Below, one piece after another: positions 27,305 to 40,599 of a stretch of 64,000 nucleotides of DNA. The notes under the pieces are model-generated. The model was given only the letters and a program-made list of their open reading frames with translations. It was not told the origin of the DNA and made no database searches. Made by a program: the position numbers and the translations under genes. The stretch's first letter is position 1, and every line of letters begins with the position of its first letter. This DNA is from Carcharhinus amblyrhynchos (lineage: Eukaryota): contig OZ336880.1 of assembly GCA_965287045.1 (NCBI GenBank), positions 27,342,001 to 27,406,000 of the forward strand, in the 5' to 3' direction.

Positions 27305-29930
27305 GTGTGTTATTCAACATCGTGCTATTCAGTACAAGACTGCCCTAACAATTGTGTGCTGGGTCACTTGATCCATTCTCTTAAAGGGGCATATGCCCAA
27401 CTGCATAGAACATAACCATTTAATTTGGTTAAAATGGATATTAACCCCAACGTTATATTCACAGATATACATGAAACATGAACAAGTTTAATGTCTAATT
27501 TTATAGTTCACAGTAATGTCTACATTGACCAGCCTTTTTTGGGGTGGGGGGAGACAATAGTTTCTGTACAGATGTTTCACTGACTCAGCAGCCTTCTTGG
27601 CCATTAGTCTGAATGACCAGGAGCTCTCATTGCACATCTATAGCTTCCTCTTGATACCGAGGACCGTCTTCTATAGACACTGCCAATGTCTCCTCTCTGG
27701 GGACAAATATCCCCATCTCAGAGACACTATGTTTCATCGATTCCTCTAGCTCTGTCTGCAATAATTCAAGGTCTGGGAAGGCTTCCCTCCTTTAGACCAG
27801 CGAGCCTCCTCCAGACCAGCTCATCCTGGGTCTCTACAGCATGGGCCACTGTTGCTGGCCCCATTTCTCAGTGTAGTTACTTGCCAACATGGTTTCTCTC
27901 TTCCAGAAGCTCCTGCACTTGGAATTCCCCTCCCTGTGGGCCATCTGATCTTCCTGATTCTCTGCCATCACTTCTCATATGACACATACCTAGAAATCGA
28001 TTTACAAACCTTTCAAGGGATACCTCCTGCACCTGTTTCACAGTCTGGACTAACTTTTCTGCCTAGCCATTTGACACAGGGGGTATGGAGCAGACCTCAC
28101 CTAGCAGACTCCTTGGTGGTCGAGGTACTCCCCAAACTCCTTCATTACAAAGTGTAGTCTATTTTTGCTCACATGTTCAGGATTTCCAAATCTCTCAAAC
28201 AATGAATCAAGGCAATCTATTATGACTTCTGCATGCGGATACAGGACTTCACAATTGCTACTTCTGGCCACTTTCGACCACTACCAATCCTTCCTTCCAG
28301 ACAAGCAAAGTCTGTGTGAGTCTTTGCCAAGGAGCTTCAGCCATTCCCATGGGTGCAGGGACACCAACAGAGCCACCCTCTGCACTAGAACACAGGATTC
28401 ATAACTGGCAGTCAACATTTGGCTGCCAAAAACACCTTCTAGAAATCTCCTTCATTTGCACCATCTTCCCTCAATGTGGGAGGAATGACCACTCTTGCCC
28501 CCACAATAGACACCCATCCAATTTGGATAATTCCCATCTCCTGGACAGGTAGGGAAATCAGGCCGATTTTTACTTTCCTTTGCACGACTAGATCCATAAC
28601 TTGACTAAAACTGGGTCATTCTATGTAATGTTCCGCAATTGGGCTGCAGCCACTGGTGCTTAAAATTATATATTTTGTCAAGATGTTAAATTCTAATCAG
28701 GAGCAATTGTTCCTCCAGAAAGAAGCAGCCTTCAAACAGCATCTACGTTGCCATGCTTCTCTGACTGTTGATATCGTATGTCATAGGAGTATGCTGAGAG
28801 AAGTAGGGCCCATCTTTGTAAGCAAGCTACCTCCATGGATGGTATTCTGATAAAGGACCCAAAAATGGTCATGAGGGGGCCTGTGATCAATCATGAAATA
28901 CTGACATGAGAATTTCTTCATCCCAAACACTATTCAATCCTTTCTTTATGACCTGGGTATAGTTTTCCTCCATTTTAAAAGATCTTGATGCAAAGGCAAT
29001 GGCTATGTCTGCTCCATTAGACAATATGTGACAATACAGCACCAATCCCATAAGGCGAGGCACTGCAGGCCAATTGCAGTAGCAAATTCAGGTCAAAATG
29101 GGTTAGCACTCACAACCATGAGACCTGTTTTACTCCAGGTAAGGCTCCTCATACCCTGGGTCCAGCTCCATGGTCAGCCTTTACCAAGCAGTCATTAAGG
29201 TTTTAGCACAGTCGCCAGATATGGCACAAACTTTTCATAGTAATTTATCAACCCCAGGAACAATGAAAATTTAGATATATTCTCTGGTCTAGGAATCTTC
29301 ATAATGGCATCCATTTTTTGGGTGCCTTGTGTAGATCTTCACTGACAATGACATGGCCCAGGTATTTGATTGAATCACAGAATCCTACAATGCAGAAGGA
29401 GGCCATTCAGCCTGTCGCGTCTGCATCAACCATAATCCAACCAGGCCTTTTCCCCATGTATTTAGCTTAGCTAGTCTCCCTGACACTAAAGGGCAATTTA
29501 GCATCACCAATCCACCTAACCCACACATCTTTGGACGGTGGAAGAAACCTATTAGGCATGGAGAGAATGTGCAAGCTCTGCACAGACAGTGACCCAAGCT
29601 GGGAATCAAACCCAGGTCCCTGGCGCTATGGGACAGCAGTGCTAACCACTGTGCCACCCTAAAATCTGTAAAAAAAAATTTGCATCTTTCTTTTATTTGC
29701 AGACCACACTCCAGCAGGCTCCTGTGGTTCTCTTCAAGGTTCTTCAAATGCTCCTCTTCATTAGAGCCCGTCGTCAAAGTATCACCCAGGTAACAATGGA
29801 TCCTCGGTAACCTATTTAGAATTTGATCCATTACCCTCTGGAAAATGACTGGCACCAACATGATACTGAAAGATACTTGTAACAGAAAATTCCCCAAATG
29901 AGTTACAACCACCAGAGACGGCTGGGACTC
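27305..29930 (-). mobile_element. Degenerate Gypsy pol remnant (RT, RNase H, integrase)
   Basis: IFQRVMDQILNRLPRIHCYLGDTLTTGSNEEEHLKNLEE (degenerate YLDD); RNase H- and integrase-like remnants at 27900-29300. Confidence 0.7.
29381..29660 (-). mobile_element. HE1/V-SINE nested in Gypsy RT
   Basis: tRNA-like head GGTGGCACAGTGGTTAGCACTGCTG and CR1-derived tail on the minus strand. Confidence 0.85.
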
Positions 29931-29934
29931 TTCT

Positions 29935-30724
29935 GCAACATCCTTTTTCGAGTTTGCTGATGACACCACCGTAGTGGGTCAGATCTCAAACAACGGTGAG
30001 ACAAAGTACAGAACGAGATAAAGAATCTGGTGAATTGGTGCAGCAACATTAATCTCTCCCTCAAATGTCAACAAAATGAAGATTATCATCGACTTCAGGA
30101 AGTGGACAAGAGAACATGCCCCTGTCTACATCAACAGGAGCAAAGTAGAAAGGTTGAGAGCTTCAACTTGTCCTGGTCCACCATGCCCACACTATAGTTT
30201 AGCCCACCAACACCGCTACATTCTCAGAAGGAAATTTGGCATGTCAGCCACGACTCTCACCAACTTTTACAGAGCAGAAGCATTCTTTCTGGTTGTATCA
30301 CAGCTTGGTGTGGGGCTCCTGCTCCATCCAAGACTGCAAGAAACTACAAAAGGTCATGAATGTAGCCCATCCATTACGCAAACCAACCTCCCATCGATGC
30401 TGCCTCGGCGAAGCAGTCAGCATAATTAAGAACCCCACACACCCCAGACGTTCTCTCTTCCACCTTCTTCCATCAGGAAGATAGAGAAGTCTGAGGTTAC
30501 ATACCAACCAACTCAAGAACAGCTTCTTCCCTGCTGCCATCAGACTTTTGACTGGACCTACCTTGCAATAACTGATCTTTCTCTACACCCTAGCTAAGAC
30601 TTTAACACTACATTCTGCAGAGTTTTGTTTCCTTCTTTATAAACAGTATGCTTTGTCTGTATAACATGCAAGAAACAATACACTTCACTATATGCTAATA
30701 CATGTGACAATAATGAATCAAATT
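29935..30724 (+). mobile_element. Rex1/Babar-like non-LTR retrotransposon, 3' part
   Basis: FADDTTVVGQISNN, IIIDFRK, PRRSLFHLLPSGR; ends in an AATCAAAT-type tail. Confidence 0.8.
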
Positions 30725-30809
30725 TGGAGGTAGGCCATTTTCTTCCCACCCGCTTCAAGAGGAAATGGGTATTAATCCACCCAGAGTACCAGATTGACAG
30801 TGACCTTTC

Positions 30810-30975
30810 CTCCCCCCCACCTCACATCCTCCTCAACTTCCTCCCTCACCTCTCCATTATTATCTCCTACCCTTACCCCTCCCTAACCTCTCCACCACCA
30901 CCTCCTCCCCTACCACCCCCACCAAATCTCTCCACCGCCACCACCTCCTCCTGCTCCTCTTTGCCTTCCATCCCC
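30810..30975. repeat. C-rich polypyrimidine low-complexity tract
   Basis: CCT/CCA/CCC-rich run; explains the poly-Pro spurious ORF. Confidence 0.8.
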
Positions 30976-31373
30976 ATACATACAAAATCCATAGCCCAGG
31001 ATTGTAATGTCATGAATTATTTCGTTTCCAAGTCAGTGTCCTCGGAACAGACTGTCAAGGTATGCATCAAGTATGGAGTTACGTCAGTCTTTACAGGATC
31101 ACATCTGCCTTAAGGGGTCTAGCTGTGTTCATAGGAAAAGATACGATTCCAGTTGTGTGCATGGGAAAGTGATAGTTTTGTTTTTAAAAGTTGATTTCTG
31201 TGATGAGTCACAAGCTGGAATTTGATTTATGGTTTTAAAAGTCAGGAATTCCCAATGTTTTTCCTCTCAAAACTTTTAAAGAGAGTTTTGCCTCTTTAAA
31301 ATGAGAACATGGTTAGGAGTTAATGGCTTGATAGATTTGATGACCTTCTCATTTTTCCTCAAGTTCAACATCA

Positions 31374-31716
31374 GGGTGGCACGGTAGCACAGTGGTTAGC
31401 ACTGCTGCTTCACAGCTCCTGGGTCTTGGGTTCGATTCCCTGCTTAGGTCACTGCCTGTGTGGAGTTTGCACATTCTCCTCGTGTCTGCGTGGGTTTCCT
31501 CCAGGTGCTCCGGTTTCCTCCCACAGTCCAAAGATGTGCCGGTTAGGTTGATTGGCCATACTAAGAAATTGCCCCTTCGTGTCCAGGGATGCGTGGGTTA
31601 GAGGGATTAGTGGGCAAAATATGTAGGTATATGGGGGTAGGGCCTAGGTGGGATGTGTTCGGTGCAGACACAATGGGCCGGAAGGCCTCTGTGCACTGTG
31701 GGGTTCTATGATTCTA
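31374..31716 (+). mobile_element. Full-length HE1/V-SINE
   Basis: A/B boxes (GGTAGCACAGTGG, GGTTCGATTCCC), V-core GGAGTTTGCACATTCTCC...GGTTTCCTCCCACAGTCCAAAGA, tail TTCTATGATTCTAT. Confidence 0.92.
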
Positions 31717-31926
31717 TCCTTTTGATTTGCTCAAACAACGTAAAGAATACAAAACGAAGAAAAATATTTCCCTTATTATAACAGCACAGCACACATTAGA
31801 AAGCACTGTAAGGGTTGAATTGAATCAGTTACATCTGAACTTCAAGAACTGATAGTTTTTCCACTCAGGAAAGCTTAGTGTCAATTTAAAATTAGAACAG
31901 TTTGAAGCAAATTTCATATAGCATAC

Positions 31927-32028
31927 CGAAAAATCTACAGTGCAGGTCCTAGGATATCCAGGAACTCCAGGGCTAAATCGCCAATTTGTCTCCAAATGAT
32001 TAAATAGTCTCCCATCAGTACAAGAAGC
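31927..32028 (-). CDS. COQ10B: COQ10B exon 4
   Basis: 102 bp, AG/GT; [34 protein letters not shown]. Confidence 0.95.
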
Positions 32029-33499
32029 CTGCAATGAATGGTGATAATGTTAGCTGCATTAAAAATGTGCCATAATTCAGTAGATTTTTCAAAACAATTC
32101 CTTCAAAAAAAAAGATTGAACATTGCACCAGTTAAAAAAAATTGCTCTCCAGGTGTGGACAATGCTGGTAAGGCTGCATTTAATAGCCTTTGTTGCTTCA
32201 AGAAGCTGCTTCTTAGTACACATTAAGGAGGGTTGACTATGTGTGATGGTGGGTGTGCAGGGGAATAAATCATCCAAGTATTGCAGATTAGAGTCAGATA
32301 TAAACCAAGTAAATATGACAGGCTACAAAATAACCAGAATGCAGTTTCACAATTTGTCAGTGTCAATACGAATTTGAGACTGCTGGTTCAGTCCTGTAAC
32401 CACTACACTACTGTAGCCTGTGTTTGTAGTCATTTTCCCTTCTCTTCCCACTCATTCTGGTCACGTTGGTAGGTGATACCAGTGGCCTTCCTCATTCAGA
32501 GATCCGAAGCATTTTGGTTTTTCAGCCAGTTACATTATGTGGGGTACAGAATATCCTGTAAAGTACCAACATTGATTATTGTCTAATGATTAAACTTCAT
32601 AGACATATGAGATGAAGTTGGGGTATAAGAGCTACAGGGAGATGTGAGAAAAGAAAATTTGCAGTGCTTTAAAATGCCACACACCAGTATAGTAGAATAT
32701 AGTTTATAGCTGTGATTTTCCCATAAAGGAAGTTGAACTGTGCCACAAAAGGTGAAACAGATTTGATTAAGGTTTTTCCTCATATGCAAAGGAGGAAAAT
32801 CACAGCAGACAAAGCAGTACGTACATCTTTAGTGCTCCTTTAAAGGTTTGCAGAAATATGGGAACAGTTTCCAAGCCAACATTGATATTAGTGGTAGACA
32901 TGAGAAAGGAAGGAAGGGAATAACAAAATAAAAGTGAAAATTTAATTTCTTCTTTCTGATACTTGTCACAAAATGCAACAATTAAACCAGAGCTTACGAT
33001 TAAATTCACAAATTTGAGACAGACAGAAGAAAAAGAACCCAGCACAAAAAAAAAACTTGCCAGTGACTCAGTTGGTAAAGTACTGAGTAGCTAAGTCATA
33101 TAAACAAGTTGGTTTCAAGTTAGACTTCTGATTCCGCTGATTTTAGCTAGGATCAAGAGTAAGACATTTACTTATCAGACCTGGGTGTTCTTCGGTCAAA
33201 CAAAGAAGAGAAAATCATGTAGGTTTCCTATTCCTGATGATTACCCAACAATTTATGGTGTGAACAGTTTCCTGTTTAATTTGTACTGATGTAATGTACT
33301 GTGTTCTTGAATAGCCAGTACTTATTGGAGGGTAGCTAATGTAATCCCACTATTTAAAACAAAAGGAGGTAGAGAGAAAATAGGGAATTATAGACCACCA
33401 AGTCCGACATCAGATGAATATAGCACTTGGGGTGAAAAGCATCAAAGGTTGGTACACGCACACGCGGAGTTGGGGGGGGGGGGGGCTTTGAAGTACAGA

Positions 33500-34830
33500 A
33501 AGAAAAGAATTGTACAGTGCAGAAGAGCCAGCAAGTCTGCGCTGACACGCAAGAAACACATGACCTTCCACCTAATCCCATTCACCAACACTTTGTCCAT
33601 AGTCTTGAATGCTATGAAGACTTCTGGATGAGTATATGGGATTTAAACGGGATTGGGAGTTACAGATAGTTCTATGGCCTGGTAGTTATGGACGTGATTG
33701 GTGCAACTTGTGGGCCGAAGTTCTATGTTCTATGTAAACCAAGTGGTGATCCAGGTACTTCTTAAAAAATGTGAGGCAACCTGCCTCTACCATCCTCCCA
33801 GCCAGTGCATTCCAGACCACCAGTTGGGTAAAGAAACTATTCCTCAAATTCCCCCTAAACCCCCTGTCCCTCATCTTGAATCTATGTCCCCTCGTGACTG
33901 AGTCTTCAATTAAAGGGAAACAGTTGCTTCTTATCCACTCTGTCCATGCTCCCTCAATCAGGTTGCCTCTCAGCCTTCTCTGCTTCAAGAAAGAACAAAC
34001 CAAGCCTGTCCTACCTCTCTTCATAAATGAGTGTTCCCAGGCACCATCCTGGTGAATCTTCTCTGCATCCTTCCAGTGCAATCATATCCTTCCTATTACG
34101 TGGTGACCAGTATCGCACACAATACACTGTGGCCTCAAACTTCTACACAACTCCCAACATGACATCTCTGCTTCTACAATCAATGCCTCGATTGATTAAG
34201 GCAAATATCCCATATACCTTTTTCACCATGCTTCTAACATGTCCATCCAACTTCAGAAATCTATGGACAAACATATCCAAGGTCCCTTTATTCTACAGAA
34301 TTTCTTAGTGTCATGCCAGTCATTGCATACTTCATTGTCAAATTACTCCTTCCCAGGCTTTTCAGAGTTAAATTCCTTCTTAAACTTAGTTGCCCATCCT
34401 GTCTATTTCTTCTTGTAACTCAAGACACTCAACCTCACTGTTAACCACCCAGCCAATCTTTGTGTTCGCTCTCTTGGGTGAAGACTGATGCAAAGTGTTT
34501 CTTCAACACTATATCAATGTCCTCTGGCTCCATCCAGAGATTGTCCCGTGTCCCTAATCAGCTCTACTCTGATAATCCTCTTCCAATTAATATACTTATA
34601 ATATATGCTGGGATCTTTTTTTAAGCAGCCAGAGTGTTCTCATATCCACCTCTTTCTCCATATCCTGAACATCTCTAGTTCTCTGGGCTTGTTAGATCCT
34701 CCTATCATCCTAAAGGGAAGATGTTGGGCTGATATCCTCCATTTCCTTTTTGAAAAATTCCCACTCTTCTCCTGTATATTTCCCCACAACTAGCTGTTCC
34801 CAGTCTACCTTGACTAGAGATCCTGCTCTC
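33500..34830 (-). mobile_element. Degenerate CR1 fragments
   Basis: LKQRRLRGNLIE...TRGHRFK...FFTQ..VWNAL (CR1 ORF2 C-terminus). Confidence 0.75.
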
Positions 34831-35675
34831 CAATCAAAAATATTTTTGCAACTTGTCTATAACAAACTTAAATTGTACTATGTTGTGATCTGGGTGGGAA
34901 TGAAGTGTGTGGGCAGGCATGGGGTGGGGAAGTGGTGTTGGACAGTTACAATTTTGCAACTGTGGCAATGCATTTCAACCATCCAAAGCTTCAGCATTAC
35001 ATCATCTCATTTAATAAAACAGAATTGGGTGAATTTACTGAAACTATGAGCAAGAAATGAACATTAGATCATTGGTCACCTTGGGATTTTCTTGGTTGAA
35101 AACATTGGTATAATACATTTTGAGTAATAATATGGCAATTACAAACTTCCTTGATGGTTCAGGGGTGTTAGCTAGTGGGTAGCTAAATGATGTAAACCAG
35201 GAATGTTCTGGATTTGATCACCTGTCTACGCTGATTGAGCAGCGACAGTGACAAAAGCGCAACAACTGACCTTAACTCCCCAGTGTCAGTAAGGGGCAAG
35301 GGGAATAAACTGATCACAGTTTCTATCCCATTCTATAATCAGCCATCCCTCATGAAGTGGGTAGTTGAAAAGAGTTGCCATTGGTTGTAACGGTCAAGGA
35401 TCATGGCAATAAAGGATTTTTGCACTGTCAAGGATCATGGCAATAAAGTCCATTTGGGCCAGGTTTACTAGTGCCTACAATCAAAGGATAGTTAAAACAT
35501 CGTAAGAGGCCATTTGGTCTGTCATTCCTGTGCCACTCTGTTTCAATGAGGAATCAACAACTTTGGTAGCAAGAGGAGAAATTCAGAAAGAAAAAAAATT
35601 TAAATAAAATATCCTAATCATAAGTCTCAATTTAAAAATATATAAAAAGAGAATATTCCAAAATCAGTACATTAC

Positions 35676-35868
35676 CTTAACTAAATGTGGTCGTACCAGA
35701 GTCACAACAGAAGTGTACCGTTCGACTACAGGGGGAAATCCTATTTCTAGTTGAGCTTTAGCATACCCTGAGCGTTTAGATATGATGTCTGATTTCTTGC
35801 ACCATGGTACAAAATGCTTGTAGTCAGCAACCCCAGACACTACATTGTACATTTCAAGCATAGAAAAC
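35676..35868 (-). CDS. COQ10B: COQ10B exon 3
   Basis: 193 bp; [26 protein letters not shown]...[25 protein letters not shown] (START/polyketide-cyclase fold). Confidence 0.96.
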
Positions 35869-35954
35869 CTAAAACAAAAAAGAAAATTCAAATTTATCAT
35901 AAAGGCTGATACGCAAGTGGCAAAATAAATTCAGACAACACCAAAACTACAAAC

Positions 35955-36101
35955 CCCATTACTCGTCTCTCAGAATACTCTTTCTTCTTGTTTATTAGTG
36001 GCCCAGCAAGGTTGAAAAAACTTCTTTGTTGTGTAAGGCAATGTTTGTGTGTCTTGAGTACTGGAGTTCTGTTCATTAGAATGCCACAAGATGACAGATA
36101 C
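35955..36101 (-). CDS. COQ10B: COQ10B exon 2
   Basis: 147 bp; YLSSCGILMNRTP...RSFFNLAGPLINKKKEYSERRVMG; followed by an 86-bp intron. Confidence 0.93.
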
Positions 36102-36997
36102 CTGTTATCGGGAACATTATAGTTAAATATTACAATAAAGACGGAGTCTATTGTAGAAAATAAAGTTGAGTTTGGCATACAGTTTGTTGTACAATATAAA
36201 AGACAAAAAATGATAATCTGACTTGGTTCAAGTTTCTCCCCCCCCCATTGTTAACCATTTTAGCCACTTCCTTCTGGGTCCACTGAAACTTACTTTAAAA
36301 TTGAACAAATTCTCAAAATAAATTTTTAAACCTTCATCATTTCCCCTTATACAAACAGAAGCACAACTTTATCAACTTCGGTCATTTCATAAATAGACTT
36401 CTTAGCTAGGCAAATTGCGGACTCCAGTTAACCTCCATTTGAATGTATCTGACACGATTTCAGCTGACAGTGCCATGCTAACAGTACCGAGACATGATTA
36501 GGGTGCCAAACGTCTTCAATATAAAACTTGGATAACTAAGTATAACTAAATGGATCTCTTCCATTGGCTGAGGTGACATGCACAAAATTTACTGAAGGGT
36601 AGAGAGGAAAGTAATAATGTACCAAGGAGAAGATATAATGTCAAACATTGCGCTAAATTGTGGGACCAAGCTATATACACCAGGAAAGTCAAAAGTTCAA
36701 GTTTTAATCTGCTGGCCTACCATTGGGGTGCTGTTGCTGATCAATTTCTCTGGATTATGCAGAAGGAAAACAAAAATCAACCAACATTTTCATTCCTGAA
36801 CGATCCCTGCAAAAAAAACACTATCCATTTCCAGTATAACTTGGCAAGCAATTTTGCAATGTCTAGGTTAATACACTCATATGGTACAAGTATCTGAACT
36901 CTACAAGGCATCATTCATTGCCTAGAGGAAGAATGAAGAATAATTTGAAATGCAATTATTCCTTTAACTTTCCTGGCAGATCTTACAATTTAAAGGA

Positions 36998-37300
36998 TAT
37001 CATAGAAACCCTACAGTACAGAGAGGGGCCATTTGGCCCATCAAGTCTACACCAACTACAATCCCACCCAGGCCCTACCCCTAAATATTTTACCCATTAA
37101 TTTCCCTAACCTACGCATCTCAGGACACTAAGGGGCAATTTACTATGGCCAATCAACCTAACCTGTACATCTTTGGACAGTGGGACGAGGAGAATGCAGA
37201 CACGAGGAGAATGTGCAAACTCCACACAGACAGTGACCCAAGCCAGGAATCAAACCCAGGTCCCTGGAGCTGTGAAGGAGCAGTGCTAACCATGTGATAC
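36998..37300 (-). mobile_element. HE1/V-SINE (another copy at about 37690-37980)
   Basis: Reverse complement of V-SINE head, core and tail. Confidence 0.85.
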
Positions 37301-37344
37301 CCTGCTGCCCATATGGATAAGCTGATCTGTCAGGACTCAGCCCC

Positions 37345-38940
37345 CTACAGAAAATGCTGGAAATATTCAGGAGATCAGTCATTCAAGGACTGTGGAAAGA
37401 GAAGCAAGATAACATTTCAGGTCAATGGTCTTTCACCAGAGCTAGAAAAGTTGAGACAGACAACAGGTTTTATGCAAGTATAGAATAGAGAAGTGGTGGG
37501 GGTGGCAAAAGAGGGAAGGTTATGTGGAAGAGAAATTAAATAATAAAAGGAATGATGGTCCAAAAGTAAAAGCAGATAGTAACAGGATAAGAAGCAAAAA
37601 AAGGTCAAGAGGCGTAATTAGAATTGGCAGAATCATCACAAACATCTGTCGTCCAAAAAAAAGGGTCACAGGTTACAAGCTGAAAGTCAAATTCCTACAG
37701 TGCAGAAGGAGCCTATTTAGCCCACTGAACCAGCACCAACAACAATCCCGCCCAGGCCCTATCCCCAGAACCCTACATATTTACCCTGCTAACCCCCGAC
37801 ACTAAGTGGCAGTTCATCATGGCCACTCCATGATGGAGGAAACCAGAACACCTAGAGAAAACCCACAGAGGCACAGGGAACAGACAAACTCCATACAGAC
37901 AGACAGACAATCACCTGAGGTTAGAAATGAACATGGTTCCCAGGTGCTGAGAGGCAGCCGTGCTAACCACTGTGTCCCACTGTTAAGACTTAATGCTACT
38001 CCAGAAAATTGTAAAAACGTCTAATCAAAAGATTATATGCTGCTCGAGTTTCCATCAAAACGCTATTGGAGGCTAAGGACAGAGGTGACAAAGTTGGATT
38101 AGGCATAACATTAATAAGTGACTGGAAGCTCAAGGTCACATTTGCAGACTGAACGGAGCTGTTCAACAAAGCAGTGACCAATTCTGTTTGGGCTTCCCAA
38201 CATAGGTGACTGCATCATCAGTACCGAATACAATGTGCTGAATTAAAATCATGCAAATTGTTTTTCATCTGGAAGTGGGTGAGAGGAGGTTAAAAAGGGC
38301 AGATTATACATTTTCTGCTCTTTAATCTCCTCTCTTCCCAAAGTCCAAGGCTCAAGAACATCCAATCCCTCTACATCTCTATCTTTCTCACCAGCACAGC
38401 CAAGTGGGCAGGTTCTCAGCTTATTTGAGGAAATGCCCAGAGCCCATTCACCACATTCTCAAACTAAACAGGTCTGCTTTGACTTTACTCACTTCTTCCA
38501 AATGCAATGGGAATTCATATGGGTCCAAGTTATTCTTGTCTTTTCTGGCATCTGTGGAATATTCTTGACTCCAGTCTCCTGCACAGCTTATTCAATTACA
38601 CTGGAATCAGTGCCGTTCCCTGCTTTTGCCCCAACTTTGCTTCCAATTTCAACTCTTTCCTCATCCTCATACGGTCCTATTCTTTCCTTTCTTGGCTTCT
38701 CTGGGGATAGACTGTCAAATGAATATCCACTAAAAGCCCACTGATTTTGTGATTACATTGCCTTACACAATGCTTTCTGTAAGGACTCTTCTCCCAGTTT
38801 CTCTGTCTCATCTGTTCTATAGATACAGCCTTCCATATCAGTTTCTCTCAGATGGGTTTCCTTTTTCCGTCAGTCAAGATTCCCCCCACCCTAAATAAAA
38901 CAGAAAATTATGGAAATATTCAGGCCTGGCAGCACCTGCG
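37345..38940. mobile_element. Old PLE remnants of a second family, with a nested SINE
   Basis: Terminal motif CAGAAAATGCTGGAAATATTCAG at about 37348 and a related copy at about 38900; degenerate RT-like text between them. Confidence 0.55.
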
Positions 38941-38964
38941 AAGATGTTAGCTTCAATTTACTGA

Positions 38965-40285
38965 AAACAGACATGTTGCTGAAGCTTTTCATTTTGCACT
39001 CACCAGAAAAAAAACCAAGAATGTCAAATTACAAAGGATCACAAAAAATATACCAAAGGAAAAAAGAATGTTAATTAGTTGGGAAATCAGCTCTGATTGG
39101 TCAAGATGTTGCCATGGTAAAAGCAATGTTCCCCATGCTTCAAATAATTCAAAAAGTACAAAGCTTGAGTATTACCCTTCTGTTTACAGAACAGAGATTC
39201 TTGCAGATAAGTATATGTGGCCTCGAGCAAACGTTGAGGTCAACCGATTGTTTTAAACTGCTATAGGTGCCATTAGCACACAGGATTGTTCAGCAAAGGC
39301 ACAGCTTCAGAATAAAGACTCATCCCTTTGGGACCGAGAAAAGGAGGAATTTCTTCAGTTAGAGGGTGATGAATCTATGGAATTCATTGCACAGGAAGTT
39401 GTAGAGTGTATTTAGTCAGAGATAGATAGGTTCTTGATTGGTAAGGGGATCAAAGGTTACAGGGAAACTGCAGGAGAATTGGGTGGAGAAACTTAGCCAT
39501 GATTGAATGGCAGAGCAGACTTGATGAGCCAAATGGCCTAATTCTGCTCCCATCTCTTATGGGATGACCAATTAAAAAAAAATCAGGGATATTCTGCAAG
39601 GAAAAGTGTGCAAGGTTATGGGGAGGTGACAGGAGAACGGCACTTAAATTGTTTATTCAGCAAGCTGGTGCAGACAGGATGGGGATGAGCTGAATAATCT
39701 CATTCTGCTGTGTTAAAATTCTTCATTTCTATTTTGGTGTTACAAGTATGAGCTGCACTCTGTTCCTCAGTCAGAGGAGCATGTAAATAATATACACAAT
39801 CCTAAATGGGCTAATAATTCTGCTAACAACCAGTTTAAGATGTTCACTCAGACATGTTAGAAGCCAAAACATTTACAGGAAAAGACCAGTTCTCCACAAA
39901 CAAAAGAATCATTTTTTTGAATTATTCAGAAGCATGATGTGCGAGTTAGATTGATTGGCCTGCTACATTGAACTTTAGTGTCAGGGGATTAGCAGGGTCA
40001 ATATATGGGGTCACAGGGATAGAGCCTGGGTGGAATTGTCATCAGTGCAGACTCAATGGGCCAAATGGCCTCCAGCACTATATGGATTCTATAATTCCAT
40101 GAGGAGCCAATAGTTCCTGATACTTTCTCTATAGCAATAACTTGGTCTATCAGAATTGACTTGCCAAACAATCAGTACTCTTTTCTCCAGTGTATAATTT
40201 TTTGAGATCCTTTAAATTTTGCATTTTTGTGCTTGATCGTAGAGTGCAAGATTAAAAAACATCAGCAACATCTCTCTTTACAGCA
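38965..40285. mobile_element. Inverted arms of a third PLE-like family (about 38965-39290 and 40105-40285) enclosing CR1/SINE pieces
   Basis: ATGTTGCTGAAGCTTTTCATTTTGCACTC mirrored by GAGTGCAAGATTAAAAAACATCAGCAACAT. Confidence 0.55.
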
Positions 40286-40599
40286 ATTTTCAAGCCCTTT
40301 TACTACCAAAAGTTTCTTGCCAGAAACTATTTCAGGTGACGGATTTTTCACCCTTTACGGGGTGAAAAATTCTCACAACTTGACCAAGTCCATTCCTCCT
40401 TCTAAATTGTTCACTTTTTACCCACCCTCCTAAAATAATGGCAGGGGTACGCCTTGTTTACATCTTCGGCACTACCAATCTCCACATTCAAATCCAACTG
40501 AATACATACTTTCGTTCAGTCTTCACAAGAGGACACAAAAAGTTACAAATGTTGGAGAACACAGGTTTGAGGGAGGGAGGGAGGGGCAGAGATCAGTAT

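Noticed and set aside
29385-29969. 194-aa chimeric ORF
   Set aside because: Chance fusion of Rex antisense, Gypsy RT and SINE sequence.
30724-31113. Proline-rich 129-aa ORF
   Set aside because: By-product of the C-rich low-complexity tract.
35393-35448. 22-bp direct repeat GTCAAGGATCATGGCAATAAAG x2
   Set aside because: Local duplication in an old repeat-like stretch; no sign of function.
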